From Desulfatiglandales bacterium (GTDB taxonomy: Bacteria; Desulfobacterota; DSM-4660; Desulfatiglandales; Desulfatiglandaceae): a stretch of 64,000 nt of DNA. The stretch lies in assembly GCA_963666345.1 (NCBI GenBank), contig OY762721.1:32001-96000 (forward strand), in the 5' to 3' direction. Below the pieces are notes generated by a model. The model saw nothing but the letters and a program-made list of their open reading frames with translations. It had not been told where the DNA came from and searched no databases. The first letter of the stretch is position 1. Each line of letters opens with the position of its first letter. Below, in pieces: positions 47,349 through 57,558 of the stretch. A program made the position numbers and the translations under genes.

Positions 47349-48680
47349 CTAGGCTCCCTTTTTTTCAGGATCTTGCTCTTCTTCAGTTATCTTTTCTACT
47401 TCAATAACGTTAGCATTCTCAATAAGGTAATTCAATGTTTTTTGCTCCAGAAGGCTCTCTGTGAGCGAGTCCACAAGGCCTCTTGCCTCGTAGTATTTCT
47501 TTACTGTTTCAAGTGACTGACCTGTTGAAAGGGCAATGTCTCTGAATCCCGTTTCAATGTCTTCATCTTCAAGTTCGAGCTTTTCGTTTTCCGCAACCTT
47601 TCCGAGCACAAGCATTTCCTTGCACCTGGTCTCCGCCTGAGGTCTGAAATCTTCCCTCAGTTTTTCTTCTGTAAGCCCCGCTTTTTCAAGACTGGATCCT
47701 CTGTTCATCAGATTCTGCATCAGATTCTGTATGGCATACTGTATTTCTGAATCCACAAGGATTTGAGGCAGTTCAAAGTCAACGGGAGCGGAGATCTTTT
47801 TGATCAGCCTCTGTTTCAGGTCCCTTTCTACCCTGTTTTTCTCCTCCGACTCCAGGACCGCTCTTATTTTATCTCTCAGGCCCTGAAGATTTTTGATTTC
47901 AGGCCCAAGTTTTTCTGCGAAATCGTCATTCAGCTCTGGAATCTCCACCTCTTTGATGTCACCCACCTTTACCTTGAATGTCACTGTTTTTCCCGCAAAC
48001 AGTGAGTGATGATAATCATCTTCAAAGGTAATTTCTATCTCCTTTTCTTCATCCTTTTTTACCCCTATAAGGGAATCTTCAAAAGTGGGATGAAAATCGG
48101 AACTGCCAACTTCAAGGAGGAAATTCTTGGAACTCATCTCTTCAACCGGTTCACCCTGCTCAAAGCCCTCGTAATCTATGACCGCCAAGTCACCTTTCTG
48201 AACGCCTCGGTCCTCCTCTATCGATCGAAGTTTCCCGTTCGCCTTCTGAATCTGTTGTAGACGTTTTTCCACTTCTTCATCGCTCACGTTGAAAAGTTCT
48301 TTTTCAACCTCGACTCCTTTGTAGTCCTTTACCTCAAATTCGGGCCTTACCTCTATGACGGCTGAGTAGGTAAAATCGTGTCCCCTTTTCAACTCTTCTT
48401 TTTCAAGAAGCGGTGTTCCAAGGGGGATGGCGCTTGTTTCTTGAAGTGCCTTTGGAAAGGTCTCATTTATAAGATCCCTTGTTACATCCTCTTCCACCTG
48501 GGTACTGAAGCGGCTTTCAAGTATGCTCTTGGGTATTTTACCAGGCCTGAAACCGGGCACTTTGGCCCTTTTTGAGAGGTCCTTATAGGCCCTGTCAAGT
48601 TTAGTGTCGACTTCCTTTGATCCAAGCTCTATTATTACCTTCTTTTTTACGGATGTTATCTCTTCCAGGCTGGTCTTCAT
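47349..48680 (-). CDS. tig: Trigger factor
   Basis: PGFRPGK signature; tig-clpP-clpX-lon order; start MKTSLEE after GAGGAG. Confidence 0.96.
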   Translation of the reverse strand: MKTSLEEITSVKKKVIIELGSKEVDTKLDRAYKDLSKRAKVPGFRPGKIPKSILESRFSTQVEEDVTRDLINETFPKALQETSAIPLGTPLLEKEELKRGHDFTYSAVIEVRPEFEVKDYKGVEVEKELFNVSDEEVEKRLQQIQKANGKLRSIEEDRGVQKGDLAVIDYEGFEQGEPVEEMSSKNFLLEVGSSDFHPTFEDSLIGVKKDEEKEIEITFEDDYHHSLFAGKTVTFKVKVGDIKEVEIPELNDDFAEKLGPEIKNLQGLRDKIRAVLESEEKNRVERDLKQRLIKKISAPVDFELPQILVDSEIQYAIQNLMQNLMNRGSSLEKAGLTEEKLREDFRPQAETRCKEMLVLGKVAENEKLELEDEDIETGFRDIALSTGQSLETVKKYYEARGLVDSLTESLLEQKTLNYLIENANVIEVEKITEEEQDPEKKGA

Positions 48681-48935
48681 TTTTCTCCTCATTTTCGGCC
48701 TCATAAAGGATAAATTGCAAAATTCCAGGGGTCTAAGCAACGCAGGAACATGAATCCTTTGAAAGGTCCTTTTTAAATGTTCAAAAAAGTTAATTATGAT
48801 TGTTCTGTTTTCAAGGTTCTATCTGTTAAAGAGCATTACAGAAACAGGGAAAGGGCTGTCAATATCAAACTATAACAGAGGAAACAAGGAAAAGTTTCTG
48901 AAATGTACAGAAAATTCTGGCAAAGGGGGTTTGAA

Positions 48936-49020
48936 TGGTGCGAGAGAGGGGAGTTGAACCCCTACACCGTTTGGTACTGGATCCTAAATCCAGCGCGTCT
49001 ACCAGTTCCGCCACTCTCGC
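48936..49020 (-). tRNA. tRNA-Leu(TAG)
   Basis: GCGAGAG/CTCTCGC acceptor stem, anticodon loop TTTAGGA, long variable arm, CCA. Confidence 0.97.
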
Positions 49021-49069
49021 AAATTTTCAATCAACTATAATTGAAAAATGTAGATCTCATGTCAAGATA

Positions 49070-49801
49070 TTATGGGTTGTTGAACTTTTCTTCATATTCC
49101 TGAGAAAAGCCTTTTATTATCCCCTGGTCCGCAAAACTGAAATAGTTATTGTGGCCTATGATGATATGATCCAGTACCTGAATCATGAGCAGCCTTGATG
49201 CCCAGACAAGATCTCTTGTAAGTCTCCGGTCCTCGGGAGAAGGACAGGGGTCTCCCGAGGGATGATTGTGAACAAACACGAGTGCGGCCGCACCCCTTTC
49301 AAGAGCCATAGTAATTATCTCACGCGGGTACACTGCACTTCCGGTCAAGGTTCCGAAGAAGAGGTCCCTGTCAGAGAGCAGTTCATTTTTTCTGTTAAGG
49401 AAAAGGACCTTGAAGATCTCTCTTTTTTTATCCCTCATGTAATGAAACAGATAATCGAACACGGCCCTTGAGGAGTCAAAAAGCGGCATACTACTAGCCC
49501 TGTCCTTGAGGTATCTGCCGGCGACCTGGTGAACCAGCTTGAGGTAAAGCGCGTTTTTTGGCCCAATTCCCCTTATTTCCGTCAATTTTTCAAGTGGTGC
49601 GGAAAGCACGCCTGAAATACCTCCATATCTCTTAAGGGCTTCCCTTGCCTGAATTTTCAGGTCTCCTCTCGGTGTACCGAGGGTAAGAAGAAATTCAACA
49701 ACCTCTTCATCTGAGAAGCGTTCAAGCCCACCGTTCATGAACCTCTTTCTGAGCCTTTCTCTGTGGCCGATGCCCCTTTTCTGCCATTGCTCCTTGTCCA
49801 T
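49070..49801 (-). CDS. radC: RadC (JAB domain) family protein
   Basis: GHRERLR, VYPRE, HNHPSGDPCPSPED and LDHIIIG motifs. Start re-set to MDKEQ. Confidence 0.93.
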   Translation of the reverse strand: MDKEQWQKRGIGHRERLRKRFMNGGLERFSDEEVVEFLLTLGTPRGDLKIQAREALKRYGGISGVLSAPLEKLTEIRGIGPKNALYLKLVHQVAGRYLKDRASSMPLFDSSRAVFDYLFHYMRDKKREIFKVLFLNRKNELLSDRDLFFGTLTGSAVYPREIITMALERGAAALVFVHNHPSGDPCPSPEDRRLTRDLVWASRLLMIQVLDHIIIGHNNYFSFADQGIIKGFSQEYEEKFNNP

Positions 49802-50357
49802 GGATTTCGTCCCTGTTGATTGTTTTGCAAAAGGGATAAAAAACTCTCCTGTCTGCTGATCCCTGTCCAGGTTTTTAAAACCTAATTTATACCACATGAA
49901 ATAGATTCTTCAAATTTATATTAGAATATTCGCAGGCCAATGCGGAATAAACAGCCCAGATGGCTCTTTTGGCTGGAAATGGATATTAACGGACAGTTCG
50001 TTTTTTTTACCGGCTTTCGCCATGCTTAACGGGGTGGCGATATCATGAACGTGTTTTTACAAACGCTAACCTAGCGGATGAGGCATCGGGGGAGAAAAAC
50101 CCTGGCTGCATTGAAATTACCTTTCTAAACTATTTCTAGAATAGGGTTTTTCATCGATACGGATTGAATAATAATTAATGATACTTATAATTCTACACCA
50201 CCAAGCAACCGCAAAAATCAAATTCATGACAACCCGTTGCCTGGTTATGCAAATCTATGGCTAAAAATTATTGAAGAGCCTATAGCGAAGTGTTAGAATT
50301 AATTCAAAAAAGAGATGGCACGGACATGTGAACGATCGTGCAGAAAGTTAAATTATA

Positions 50358-51176
50358 ATGGGTGTTAATGCCTTAAGGTTTTTTTCAGTTTTTATAGTTG
50401 CTCAGTTCATATCGCCTGAAAGTGTGTTAGCCTGGGGGCCGGGTGTGCACACTGTCACTGCGTTAAACGCGCTGAGCAACGCCGAGACGCTTCTTCCCTC
50501 AATCGCGGCCATAATTACTTCCTTTCCAAAGGAATTCATTTACGGCTGTCTTTCAGCAGATTTTTTTATCGGCAAAGGGATAGGTAGAAACTCTTCACAT
50601 CCTCACGATTGGAATGGGGGGTTTTGCTTTCTAAAGGGAGCGGGAAATGACAAGGAAGCATCGTTTTCCTACGGGTTTCTAAGCCATCTTGCTGCCGACG
50701 TGGTGGCGCATAACTTTCTTGTACCGCAGCTCATCAAGTCGCATCCGGCCACCGGAAGGCTGAGGCACATCTACTGGGAGATGAGGGCTGATTATCTTAT
50801 GGAAGCGGCCTATACCAGTATCGCCAGGCATATCCTTTCCATGGATCATGTCGCATGTGACGAACTTCTAAACAATATGGTAGAAAAGAGAGTGCCCGGT
50901 CTTGGCGTAAAAAAACGGATATTTACCAACTCGGTTTATTTCTCAGAATACTGCCATTTGACACGGGAGCTTTTTTTTACCGTAAGGCCGGATTCCATAA
51001 ACAGAATGAATAGTTATCTAACCGCCATGGTTGAGTTTTCCTGCCGCATGGTAAGGGATTTCTTGACAAACCCCTATTCATCCGGCTGTCTGAACTACAG
51101 CCCTATTGGAAAAAGGGATGTGCATGGATCTGGAAGGTTCAGGACCCTTAGAAATTTATTCAAGCCTAAAAAATAA
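50358..51176 (+). CDS. Zinc-dependent phospholipase C family protein
   Basis: Signal-like segment then AWGPGVH; YGFLSHLAADVVAHN; HIYWE. Confidence 0.82.
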   Translation: MGVNALRFFSVFIVAQFISPESVLAWGPGVHTVTALNALSNAETLLPSIAAIITSFPKEFIYGCLSADFFIGKGIGRNSSHPHDWNGGFCFLKGAGNDKEASFSYGFLSHLAADVVAHNFLVPQLIKSHPATGRLRHIYWEMRADYLMEAAYTSIARHILSMDHVACDELLNNMVEKRVPGLGVKKRIFTNSVYFSEYCHLTRELFFTVRPDSINRMNSYLTAMVEFSCRMVRDFLTNPYSSGCLNYSPIGKRDVHGSGRFRTLRNLFKPKK

Positions 51177-51211
51177 AGGCCGTCACTTTTTTAAGAGAAG
51201 AAGCCCAAGAC

Positions 51212-52927
51212 ATGAGCAGCGTCAGAATTTTACCTGAAGAGGTCGCAAGCCAGATCGCAGCTGGGGAGGTAATTGAAAGGCCTTCCTCTGTGGTGAGAGA
51301 ATTAATAGACAACAGCATAGATGCAGGTGCGGATCGGATAGTTATTAATCTCGAAAACGGTGGGAGGCGTCTGGTTAGCGTGGCGGACAACGGAAGCGGT
51401 ATGTCGAGGGACGATCTGCTTTTGTGCATCGAAAGGCACGCCACAAGTAAAATATCCACTTCGGAGGACTTGTTTTCTATAAGGTCTCTTGGATTCAGAG
51501 GAGAGGCAATCCCGAGCGTGGCTTCTGTTTCACGACTTCACATAAAGACACGGCAAAAGGATGATCTATCCGGCCACAGCCTGAAGATAAACGGGGGAAG
51601 ACTCATATCGATAGATGAAACAGGTTCGCCTCCAGGCACCACGGTAGAGGTGAAAGACCTGTTCTATAACGTACCTGCACGCAGAAAGTTTTTGCGGGCC
51701 GCAAAGACGGAGACGGACAGGATCGCCGATGTCGTATCAAGGATTTCAATCCCCTACAATGATATATATTTCAGCCTGGAGCAGGGGGGCAATCCGATCC
51801 TGAATCTGCCGCCTGCAGACGATGAACTTTTCCGGCTTTTTTATCTCCTCGGCAAGGACGTTGCCGAATCCATGTTGAAAAGAGAGGAAAAGGGTAAGAG
51901 TGTCTCAGTAAAGGCTTACCTTGCACCCCCGGAATTCGCGAGAAAAAGAGGGGACAGGTTGTTCGTTTACGTAAACGGCAGAAACGTGAGAGATAGGCTT
52001 ATAACAAAGGCGATAATGGATGGTTTCGGAAGCCGCCTCATGAAGGGCCGGTACCCTCAAGCGGTTCTATTTCTTGAAATCGAGCCGAATCTTGTCGATA
52101 TAAACGTGCATCCAACCAAACAGGAGGTTAGGTTTTCCGACAGTGCCATGATATTCAAGAGAATAGCCTCCACGGTAGATTCGGTCCTTGGAAGTGCTTT
52201 CAGCCGTTTTGAGGGTCTTGTTGACCCCTGGAGGGAGAGCAGCTTTACCGGAGTAAAGGAAGACTCGCTGCACCGAGATGCCTGGGAATTTGCTCCTTCA
52301 GATCAGAGGGGTATGCTTGATGTCGGCACGGGGGAAAGGGACACCCGGGTGATGCCTCAAACAAGGGTGATAGGCCAACTAGCAAACACATATATCCTTT
52401 GCCAGATGCATGACGGGCTTTTGATGGTGGATCAACACGCGGCCCATGAAAGAATCATCTTCGAGGGTCTTTCAAAAGGTTTTGAGAATTCCAGGATAGA
52501 GTCTCAGCAAATGCTTGTTCCGTTTGAGCTTGAACTGACACTAAAAGAAAAACAGATAGCAGTTGAAAGGGCCGATGAATTACTTCGGCTAGGAATGGAA
52601 CTTGAACACTTCGGAGGCAATACTTTCCTTCTGCGATCTTTTCCTGTCATACTTTCGAAGGTGGATTGGGGGGGCTTTATCTCTGAATTGCTGGTTGAAA
52701 TGGGTAAGGGTGAATTGGAGGATAAAAAGGTATTTGAGTGTGTGATTACGATCATGGCCTGTCATGGCGCCATAAAGGCGGGTGATAGGCTCTCGGAAGA
52801 GGAGATGTATCAGCTCCTTGTCGAATTGGAGGAAATGGAAACCCCCACCAATTGCCCGCACGGAAGGCCGATTTTCAAACATTTCACCTTTTACGACCTG
52901 GAAAAGATGTTCAAAAGAGTGGTGTAA
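51212..52927 (+). CDS. mutL: DNA mismatch repair endonuclease MutL
   Basis: IAAGEVIERP, GFRGEA, DQHAAHE and CPHGRP motifs. Confidence 0.97.
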   Translation: MSSVRILPEEVASQIAAGEVIERPSSVVRELIDNSIDAGADRIVINLENGGRRLVSVADNGSGMSRDDLLLCIERHATSKISTSEDLFSIRSLGFRGEAIPSVASVSRLHIKTRQKDDLSGHSLKINGGRLISIDETGSPPGTTVEVKDLFYNVPARRKFLRAAKTETDRIADVVSRISIPYNDIYFSLEQGGNPILNLPPADDELFRLFYLLGKDVAESMLKREEKGKSVSVKAYLAPPEFARKRGDRLFVYVNGRNVRDRLITKAIMDGFGSRLMKGRYPQAVLFLEIEPNLVDINVHPTKQEVRFSDSAMIFKRIASTVDSVLGSAFSRFEGLVDPWRESSFTGVKEDSLHRDAWEFAPSDQRGMLDVGTGERDTRVMPQTRVIGQLANTYILCQMHDGLLMVDQHAAHERIIFEGLSKGFENSRIESQQMLVPFELELTLKEKQIAVERADELLRLGMELEHFGGNTFLLRSFPVILSKVDWGGFISELLVEMGKGELEDKKVFECVITIMACHGAIKAGDRLSEEEMYQLLVELEEMETPTNCPHGRPIFKHFTFYDLEKMFKRVV

Positions 52928-53011
52928 GCAATAGATGGCAGGGCGCTTTTCAAAGGGTGTGAGTGAGACATTAATCTTTTGATGATAAAGCCTTGCGAAA
53001 GATCCGGTACC

Positions 53012-53950
53012 ATGGAAATACCAAATAGGGCAAAGGTAATTATCATCTGCGGGCCAACTGCTACAGGAAAGACATCCTTTGCTGTTGAACTGGCCCAATA
53101 CTTGGGGGGAGAAATTGTAAGCGCTGATTCCATGCAGGTATACAGGCATATGGATATAGGTACGGCAAAGCCGACCGAGGAGGAACAAGGTGGAATCCCT
53201 CACCATATAATAGATGTTGCAGATCCTGACGAAGACTTTAATGCTGCAACCTATAGAAGGCTTGCCATTGATGCCGTGAACGATATCACTGCAAGAAAAA
53301 GGGCATGCCTTGTGGTGGGAGGAACCGGCCTCTATATCAAAGGCCTTACTGAAGGGCTTTTTGACTGCCCGGCGGCTGAGCCTGAGGTAAGGGAACGACT
53401 ACAGAAAAAGTGGGACTTGGAAGGTCCTGAAAAGATTTTCGAGACCCTTATTACCATTGATCCTGAATATGCTGCAGGGATACACAGAAACGACAGGATG
53501 AGAATACTTAGAGGTCTTGAAATCTTCGAGCTTACAGGTAGCAAGCCCTCAGAGCTTGCCAGAGTGCATGGCTTTTCAGACAGGCCCTTTCAAACGATCA
53601 GCCTCTGCCTGGAAATGGAAAGGGAAAGGCTTTATAATAGGATAGACAGAAGAAGTGAATTTATGGTCGAGTCAGGATTACTTGAAGAGACAGAGGGGCT
53701 TCTCAAAAAAGGCTATTCTCCCGACCTGAAATCCATGAAGGCTATAGGGTACAAACATATGGTAAATCATATTGAGGGAAAATGGGGTCTGAAAGAGGCT
53801 GTCGGGTTTCTTAAAAGGGATACCAGGAGATACGCCAAAAGACAGACCACATGGTTCAGGGGACAAAGAGATGTAAGCTGGATATCTTCTGATGACATTA
53901 ATCCCGCATTGAAACGGATAAAGGCGTTTTTGAGGGAGGACCTTAAATGA
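53012..53950 (+). CDS. miaA: tRNA dimethylallyltransferase
   Basis: GPTATGKT, ADSMQVY, VGGTGLY and YAKRQTTW motifs. Start is uncertain (52979-53012). Confidence 0.96.
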   Translation: MEIPNRAKVIIICGPTATGKTSFAVELAQYLGGEIVSADSMQVYRHMDIGTAKPTEEEQGGIPHHIIDVADPDEDFNAATYRRLAIDAVNDITARKRACLVVGGTGLYIKGLTEGLFDCPAAEPEVRERLQKKWDLEGPEKIFETLITIDPEYAAGIHRNDRMRILRGLEIFELTGSKPSELARVHGFSDRPFQTISLCLEMERERLYNRIDRRSEFMVESGLLEETEGLLKKGYSPDLKSMKAIGYKHMVNHIEGKWGLKEAVGFLKRDTRRYAKRQTTWFRGQRDVSWISSDDINPALKRIKAFLREDLK

Positions 53951-55107
53951 GCAGGTTTGCGAGAACACTTTTAACAGGGATCACGCTTTTTTTAATATCT
54001 TTACCTGTCTACTGTAATGCGCTCGAAGAAACAACCCGGGATATTCTGGCCATGGGTTCTGCAGAAATATCAGAGGGTAATGTTGCCTCTGCAAAAAAAT
54101 TGGCCTTAAGCAGAGGTCTTCAAAAAGGGGTTGAGGGATTTCTGGTAAACAGGCTGGGAGGACAGGGTGCCGTCAACAATTTTGAAAGGTTGATACTTGA
54201 AGTTTTACCTAAGGCAGAGGAGCTTATAGAAAACTTTACCATAATCAGCGAGTATCAGTCCGGAAAAAATCTAAATCTGCTAGTAAGGCTAAAAATCGAT
54301 GAGACCATGATGGAGGAGCGATTTCGTATGGCAGGCCTGCTTGTCAATGAAGGAGCCCCTTTAAAGGTTTTGTTCATGGTGGCGGAGATAAGAGAAGGCA
54401 CACCATCCTTCTGGTGGGAAGAGCCCGAAGCGAGCAGGATTATGGGGTCGACAGAGATTATCCTTCAGAACGTCTTCAGGGAAAAGGGTTTTGAACCGAT
54501 AAACTGGTTGCAGAATATTCCAGACGCCGACATCCCTGAAGAGGTTAGGGTCCTTGAACCGGAAAATGCTTCTATCGCAAAACTGGGAAGGCTATATGAG
54601 GCGGATCTGGTGATACATGGAAAAAACAGGATTTCATCGGACTCGGTGGGACTGGCCGTTTCAGTAATAGGGGCGGATGACGGTCTTTTCATGGGCGGTG
54701 GGACTTATTTTGTGGACATAGAGGAAGGTATTACCTCCCAGGATCAGCAAATGGAAATACTCAAAAAGCTTGCAGTCTCCTTTGCAGATGACGTTACGCC
54801 TGAGATACTTTCAAAAACAGCCGAGACCCAAAAAAAGATTAATTCCCTCACTGTTTCCCTGGAGGGCCTGAGTTCTTTTAAGGAATTACTTGTTTTCAGA
54901 GATTTTCTGAAAAATAGTGTAAAAGGCGTGGCTTCAGTCAAACAGAAAAGGGTAAAAAGAGGGTCAGCATCACTTGACGTGGAATTTAAGGGAGAAAGGG
55001 ACCTGTTTGTAAGCAGAGTGATGAACCATGAAGACCTGCCTCTTCCCCTTATGGAAGGAAAGGGAGACGGTGAAGGCATACTGTTTTTGATCGAGAACAT
55101 AAGGTGA
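53947..55107 (+). CDS. Exported hypothetical protein (FlgT-N-like start)
   Basis: Signal peptide; GSAEI..GNVASAKKLAL; ATGA overlap with miaA. Confidence 0.7.
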   Translation: MSRFARTLLTGITLFLISLPVYCNALEETTRDILAMGSAEISEGNVASAKKLALSRGLQKGVEGFLVNRLGGQGAVNNFERLILEVLPKAEELIENFTIISEYQSGKNLNLLVRLKIDETMMEERFRMAGLLVNEGAPLKVLFMVAEIREGTPSFWWEEPEASRIMGSTEIILQNVFREKGFEPINWLQNIPDADIPEEVRVLEPENASIAKLGRLYEADLVIHGKNRISSDSVGLAVSVIGADDGLFMGGGTYFVDIEEGITSQDQQMEILKKLAVSFADDVTPEILSKTAETQKKINSLTVSLEGLSSFKELLVFRDFLKNSVKGVASVKQKRVKRGSASLDVEFKGERDLFVSRVMNHEDLPLPLMEGKGDGEGILFLIENIR

Positions 55108-55235
55108 TCTGAACGATTGAAAAACAGGTCCCAGGAACCTTTTACAGGATTGAATCGAAGAAAAACCATAACCAGAGATATTTAACTTGGAGCAACCTTT
55201 ATTTTCTGTCTTTTCTCATTTATATATAAATCATT

Positions 55236-55790
55236 ATGCCTATCGCCAGAGATATAACTGTCCCTAATGTTATAACCATACTCAGGATAATTCTTGCCCC
55301 GATATTTGTAATATACCTGATACACGAGCAAGTTACATCGGCCCTTGTAGTGTTCATACTGGCAGGGATAAGTGACGGGCTGGACGGATTGATCGCAAGG
55401 GCTTTCAACCAGAAGAGTGAGATGGGGGCCTATCTGGACCCGTTGGCAGATAAACTGCTTCTTATCTCCGCTTATGTGGCGTTGGCTGCCAAGGGCTTTA
55501 TGCCCGCCTGGTTGACCGTAATAGTGATAAGCAGAGATGTACTCATACTTTTGGGTGTTCTTATTCTTTTTCTAGTAAAATCAGGTTTTACTGTAAAGCC
55601 TCTTTTCCTTAGCAAGATAACCACATGTTTTCAGATTGCATCAGTCATCGTTGTACTCACCATGGGGCAATTCTTTTTTTCCCAACTTATTTATAAGTAT
55701 CTATATTGGGCAACCGGTATAGTAACGATTTTGTCGGGGCTTCAGTATATAAGACAATGGCTGGGGTTGATGGATGAGGAGGGGCTTTAA
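55236..55790 (+). CDS. CDP-alcohol phosphatidyltransferase (PgsA-like)
   Basis: PNVITILR and DGLDGLIAR...GAYLDPLADK motifs. Confidence 0.92.
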   Translation: MPIARDITVPNVITILRIILAPIFVIYLIHEQVTSALVVFILAGISDGLDGLIARAFNQKSEMGAYLDPLADKLLLISAYVALAAKGFMPAWLTVIVISRDVLILLGVLILFLVKSGFTVKPLFLSKITTCFQIASVIVVLTMGQFFFSQLIYKYLYWATGIVTILSGLQYIRQWLGLMDEEGL

Positions 55791-55861
55791 GAGCCGGTTC
55801 CAATAAATACGGCTTGACATCACGCAGCCAGATTGATAATTAGGCTTTTAACATTTCAAAC

Positions 55862-55936
55862 AGGCACGTAGCTCAGGGGGAGAGCACTACCCTGACACGG
55901 TAGGGGTCAAGGGTTCAAATCCCTTCGTGCCTACCA
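55862..55936 (+). tRNA. tRNA-Val(GAC)
   Basis: AGGCACG/CGTGCCT acceptor stem, anticodon loop CTGACAC, CCA. Confidence 0.97.
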
Positions 55937-55944
55937 GTAAATTC

Positions 55945-55978
55945 AAGGGGTTACGGTTTTTGACCGCAACCCTTTTTT
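55945..55978 (+). terminator. Terminator after tRNA-Val(GAC)
   Basis: AAGGGGTTACGGT...ACCGCAACCC followed by T6. Confidence 0.7.
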
Positions 55979-56034
55979 GATAAAATCACCAACTTTGATA
56001 CCTACAGTACACTCGCGATCGGTTTGCTTTTATA

Positions 56035-56667
56035 TCATGCGGGTCCGATTGAATGATAAGTTATGAGATAATTGAGCTTTTCGAGCTGAAAAGGGGAAAG
56101 GTTAAGAAATTTTACCCCCCTATGCCGGAGATGTTTTGTAATAAACGAGTCTTCGGCCTGAATATCGAAATCAGATACGGTCCTAAAAGGTACTCCCTGC
56201 AGATTGAACCCGTTTCCCCTTAGAAATATATCCATCTCAAAGGCTTCTACCATAGAAGATCCTTTTGGATTGTATCGGAAGGCAAGGCCACCCAGGCTTA
56301 TATCTCTGACATTTCCGTAAATACTTGTCATCTTGGGCCTTGCAATCACCCCCCCCGTTAGCAGGTGTCTTAAATGTCTTCTTTTCTCAGCGCTGTGTGT
56401 CTCGGCTGAAGTAAAATTGCCTGGTTTGCCGTAATGAGATACCGAACCATTCGGTTCAGAGGAGAGGGTGCTTCTTATCAAGACCCTTTTTGTCCCTTCG
56501 GTTCTGAACCACTGGGGCAGTTTTCCAGGAGTATCTCTCCTTTGAGCACATTTACGTCGTTCAATACCGTTTTTGCGAAAATAGTCAAGGTCGTAGGACT
56601 TCCTTCTGTCTCTGTTTTTTCGTCTTTCCATATCAACCATACACCTTCCGAAAAATAAATGGTCCAT
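56035..56667 (-). CDS. PilZ-domain protein with N-terminal ERR/DRR repeats
   Basis: EKRRHLR and DISLGG motifs; N-terminal ERRKNRDRR..ERR..QRR. Start is uncertain. Confidence 0.78.
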   Translation of the reverse strand: MDHLFFGRCMVDMERRKNRDRRKSYDLDYFRKNGIERRKCAQRRDTPGKLPQWFRTEGTKRVLIRSTLSSEPNGSVSHYGKPGNFTSAETHSAEKRRHLRHLLTGGVIARPKMTSIYGNVRDISLGGLAFRYNPKGSSMVEAFEMDIFLRGNGFNLQGVPFRTVSDFDIQAEDSFITKHLRHRGVKFLNLSPFQLEKLNYLITYHSIGPA

Positions 56668-57296
56668 CCGGGTAACGAGTACAACTAAAAATAACTTAGT
56701 ATTAACTAATTATATTGACAAGCTATTCATCTATCAAAGCATCATTAATCATGTACAAGGGATTAAAATCATAAAAGCCGCTATGCAATAGAGTTATTGT
56801 GAAAAGTTTAAACCGCAGGTATTCATTAACCGGAAGATCGAAATAAATTTTCCAATACAAATTTTTGATAGAATTATACCAAAAACATTACTGAAGAGCA
56901 ACTTTATTGTTGAAAAATTGACCTTAAGCACATTTCTTGGGTTTTTATCCGAGTTTACAGAAAGAGTCTGCGCTATTATTCCATGATAAAAAAAGCAGTG
57001 CACTTTTTTTCTGAGGAAAGTCGCGAAAAAATTGTGCTGTCTTAATGGATCGGAAAAAGTGCCTGAAACCGTGGAACTGCTTAGTTCCGCTGTGTTTTGA
57101 AGTAGCGGAATCCATTAACCCAAGGCGTTATAGACGCTTTAGAATGCTTTTAGGCATTATGAAATATTTGGCATAACGACCTGCCTCATTTCAAAGGTCA
57201 ACCCGCCATGGCCTGTGGGTGGAATTCTATCCGGAATAAGGTGGCGACGAATATGGCTTGAATTTACAGAGTGAATTTAAAAACCGTGATGCCGGG

Positions 57297-57325
57297 TTGA
57301 CAGTAAAACTATTTTTCCATATATT
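57297..57325 (+). promoter_or_regulatory. Sigma70 promoter of the trpS leader
   Basis: TTGACA-17 nt-TATATT. Confidence 0.7.
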
Positions 57326-57371
57326 TGATCAACGTTTAAAGTAACAAAACATACCAAGGGCAGTAACAATC

Positions 57372-57461
57372 ATGAACAACTCCTATTCAAGAGAATTTCT
57401 ACTTTGGCGTGTTTGGCGCTTAGGAGATGTTTGTGCAATCTGCCTGATAGATTCTGTTTGA
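57372..57461 (+). CDS. Trp leader peptide (29 aa) of the trpS attenuator
   Basis: MNNSYSREFLLWRVWRLGDVCAICLIDSV* with two Trp codons; lies between the promoter and the terminator upstream of trpS. Confidence 0.75.
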   Translation: MNNSYSREFLLWRVWRLGDVCAICLIDSV

Positions 57462-57485
57462 CATCGTTAATAAAAAGATCAACAG

Positions 57486-57522
57486 AAGCCTCAGGCTGGA
57501 AAAGGTGCCTGGGGCTTTTTTT
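57486..57522 (+). terminator. Attenuator terminator upstream of trpS
   Basis: AAGCCTCAGGC...GCCTGGGGCTT with T7; the 5' arm can alternatively pair with GCCTGA (57442-47). Confidence 0.8.
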
Positions 57523-57558
57523 ATTGTGCATATAAATTACCTCGGAAAGGAGCAGTAA

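Noticed and set aside
48935..49198. 87-aa ORF MVRERGVEP...
   Set aside because: It is the antisense reading of tRNA-Leu and the radC 3' end.
57013..57116. RNase P RNA suggested by GAGGAAAGTC and nearby stems
   Set aside because: The following conserved bases and the 3' CAGAACCCGGCTTA-type element are missing.
57326..57558. T-box riboswitch for trpS
   Set aside because: No T-box sequence (GGTGGnACCGCG) is present; the leader peptide model explains the region.
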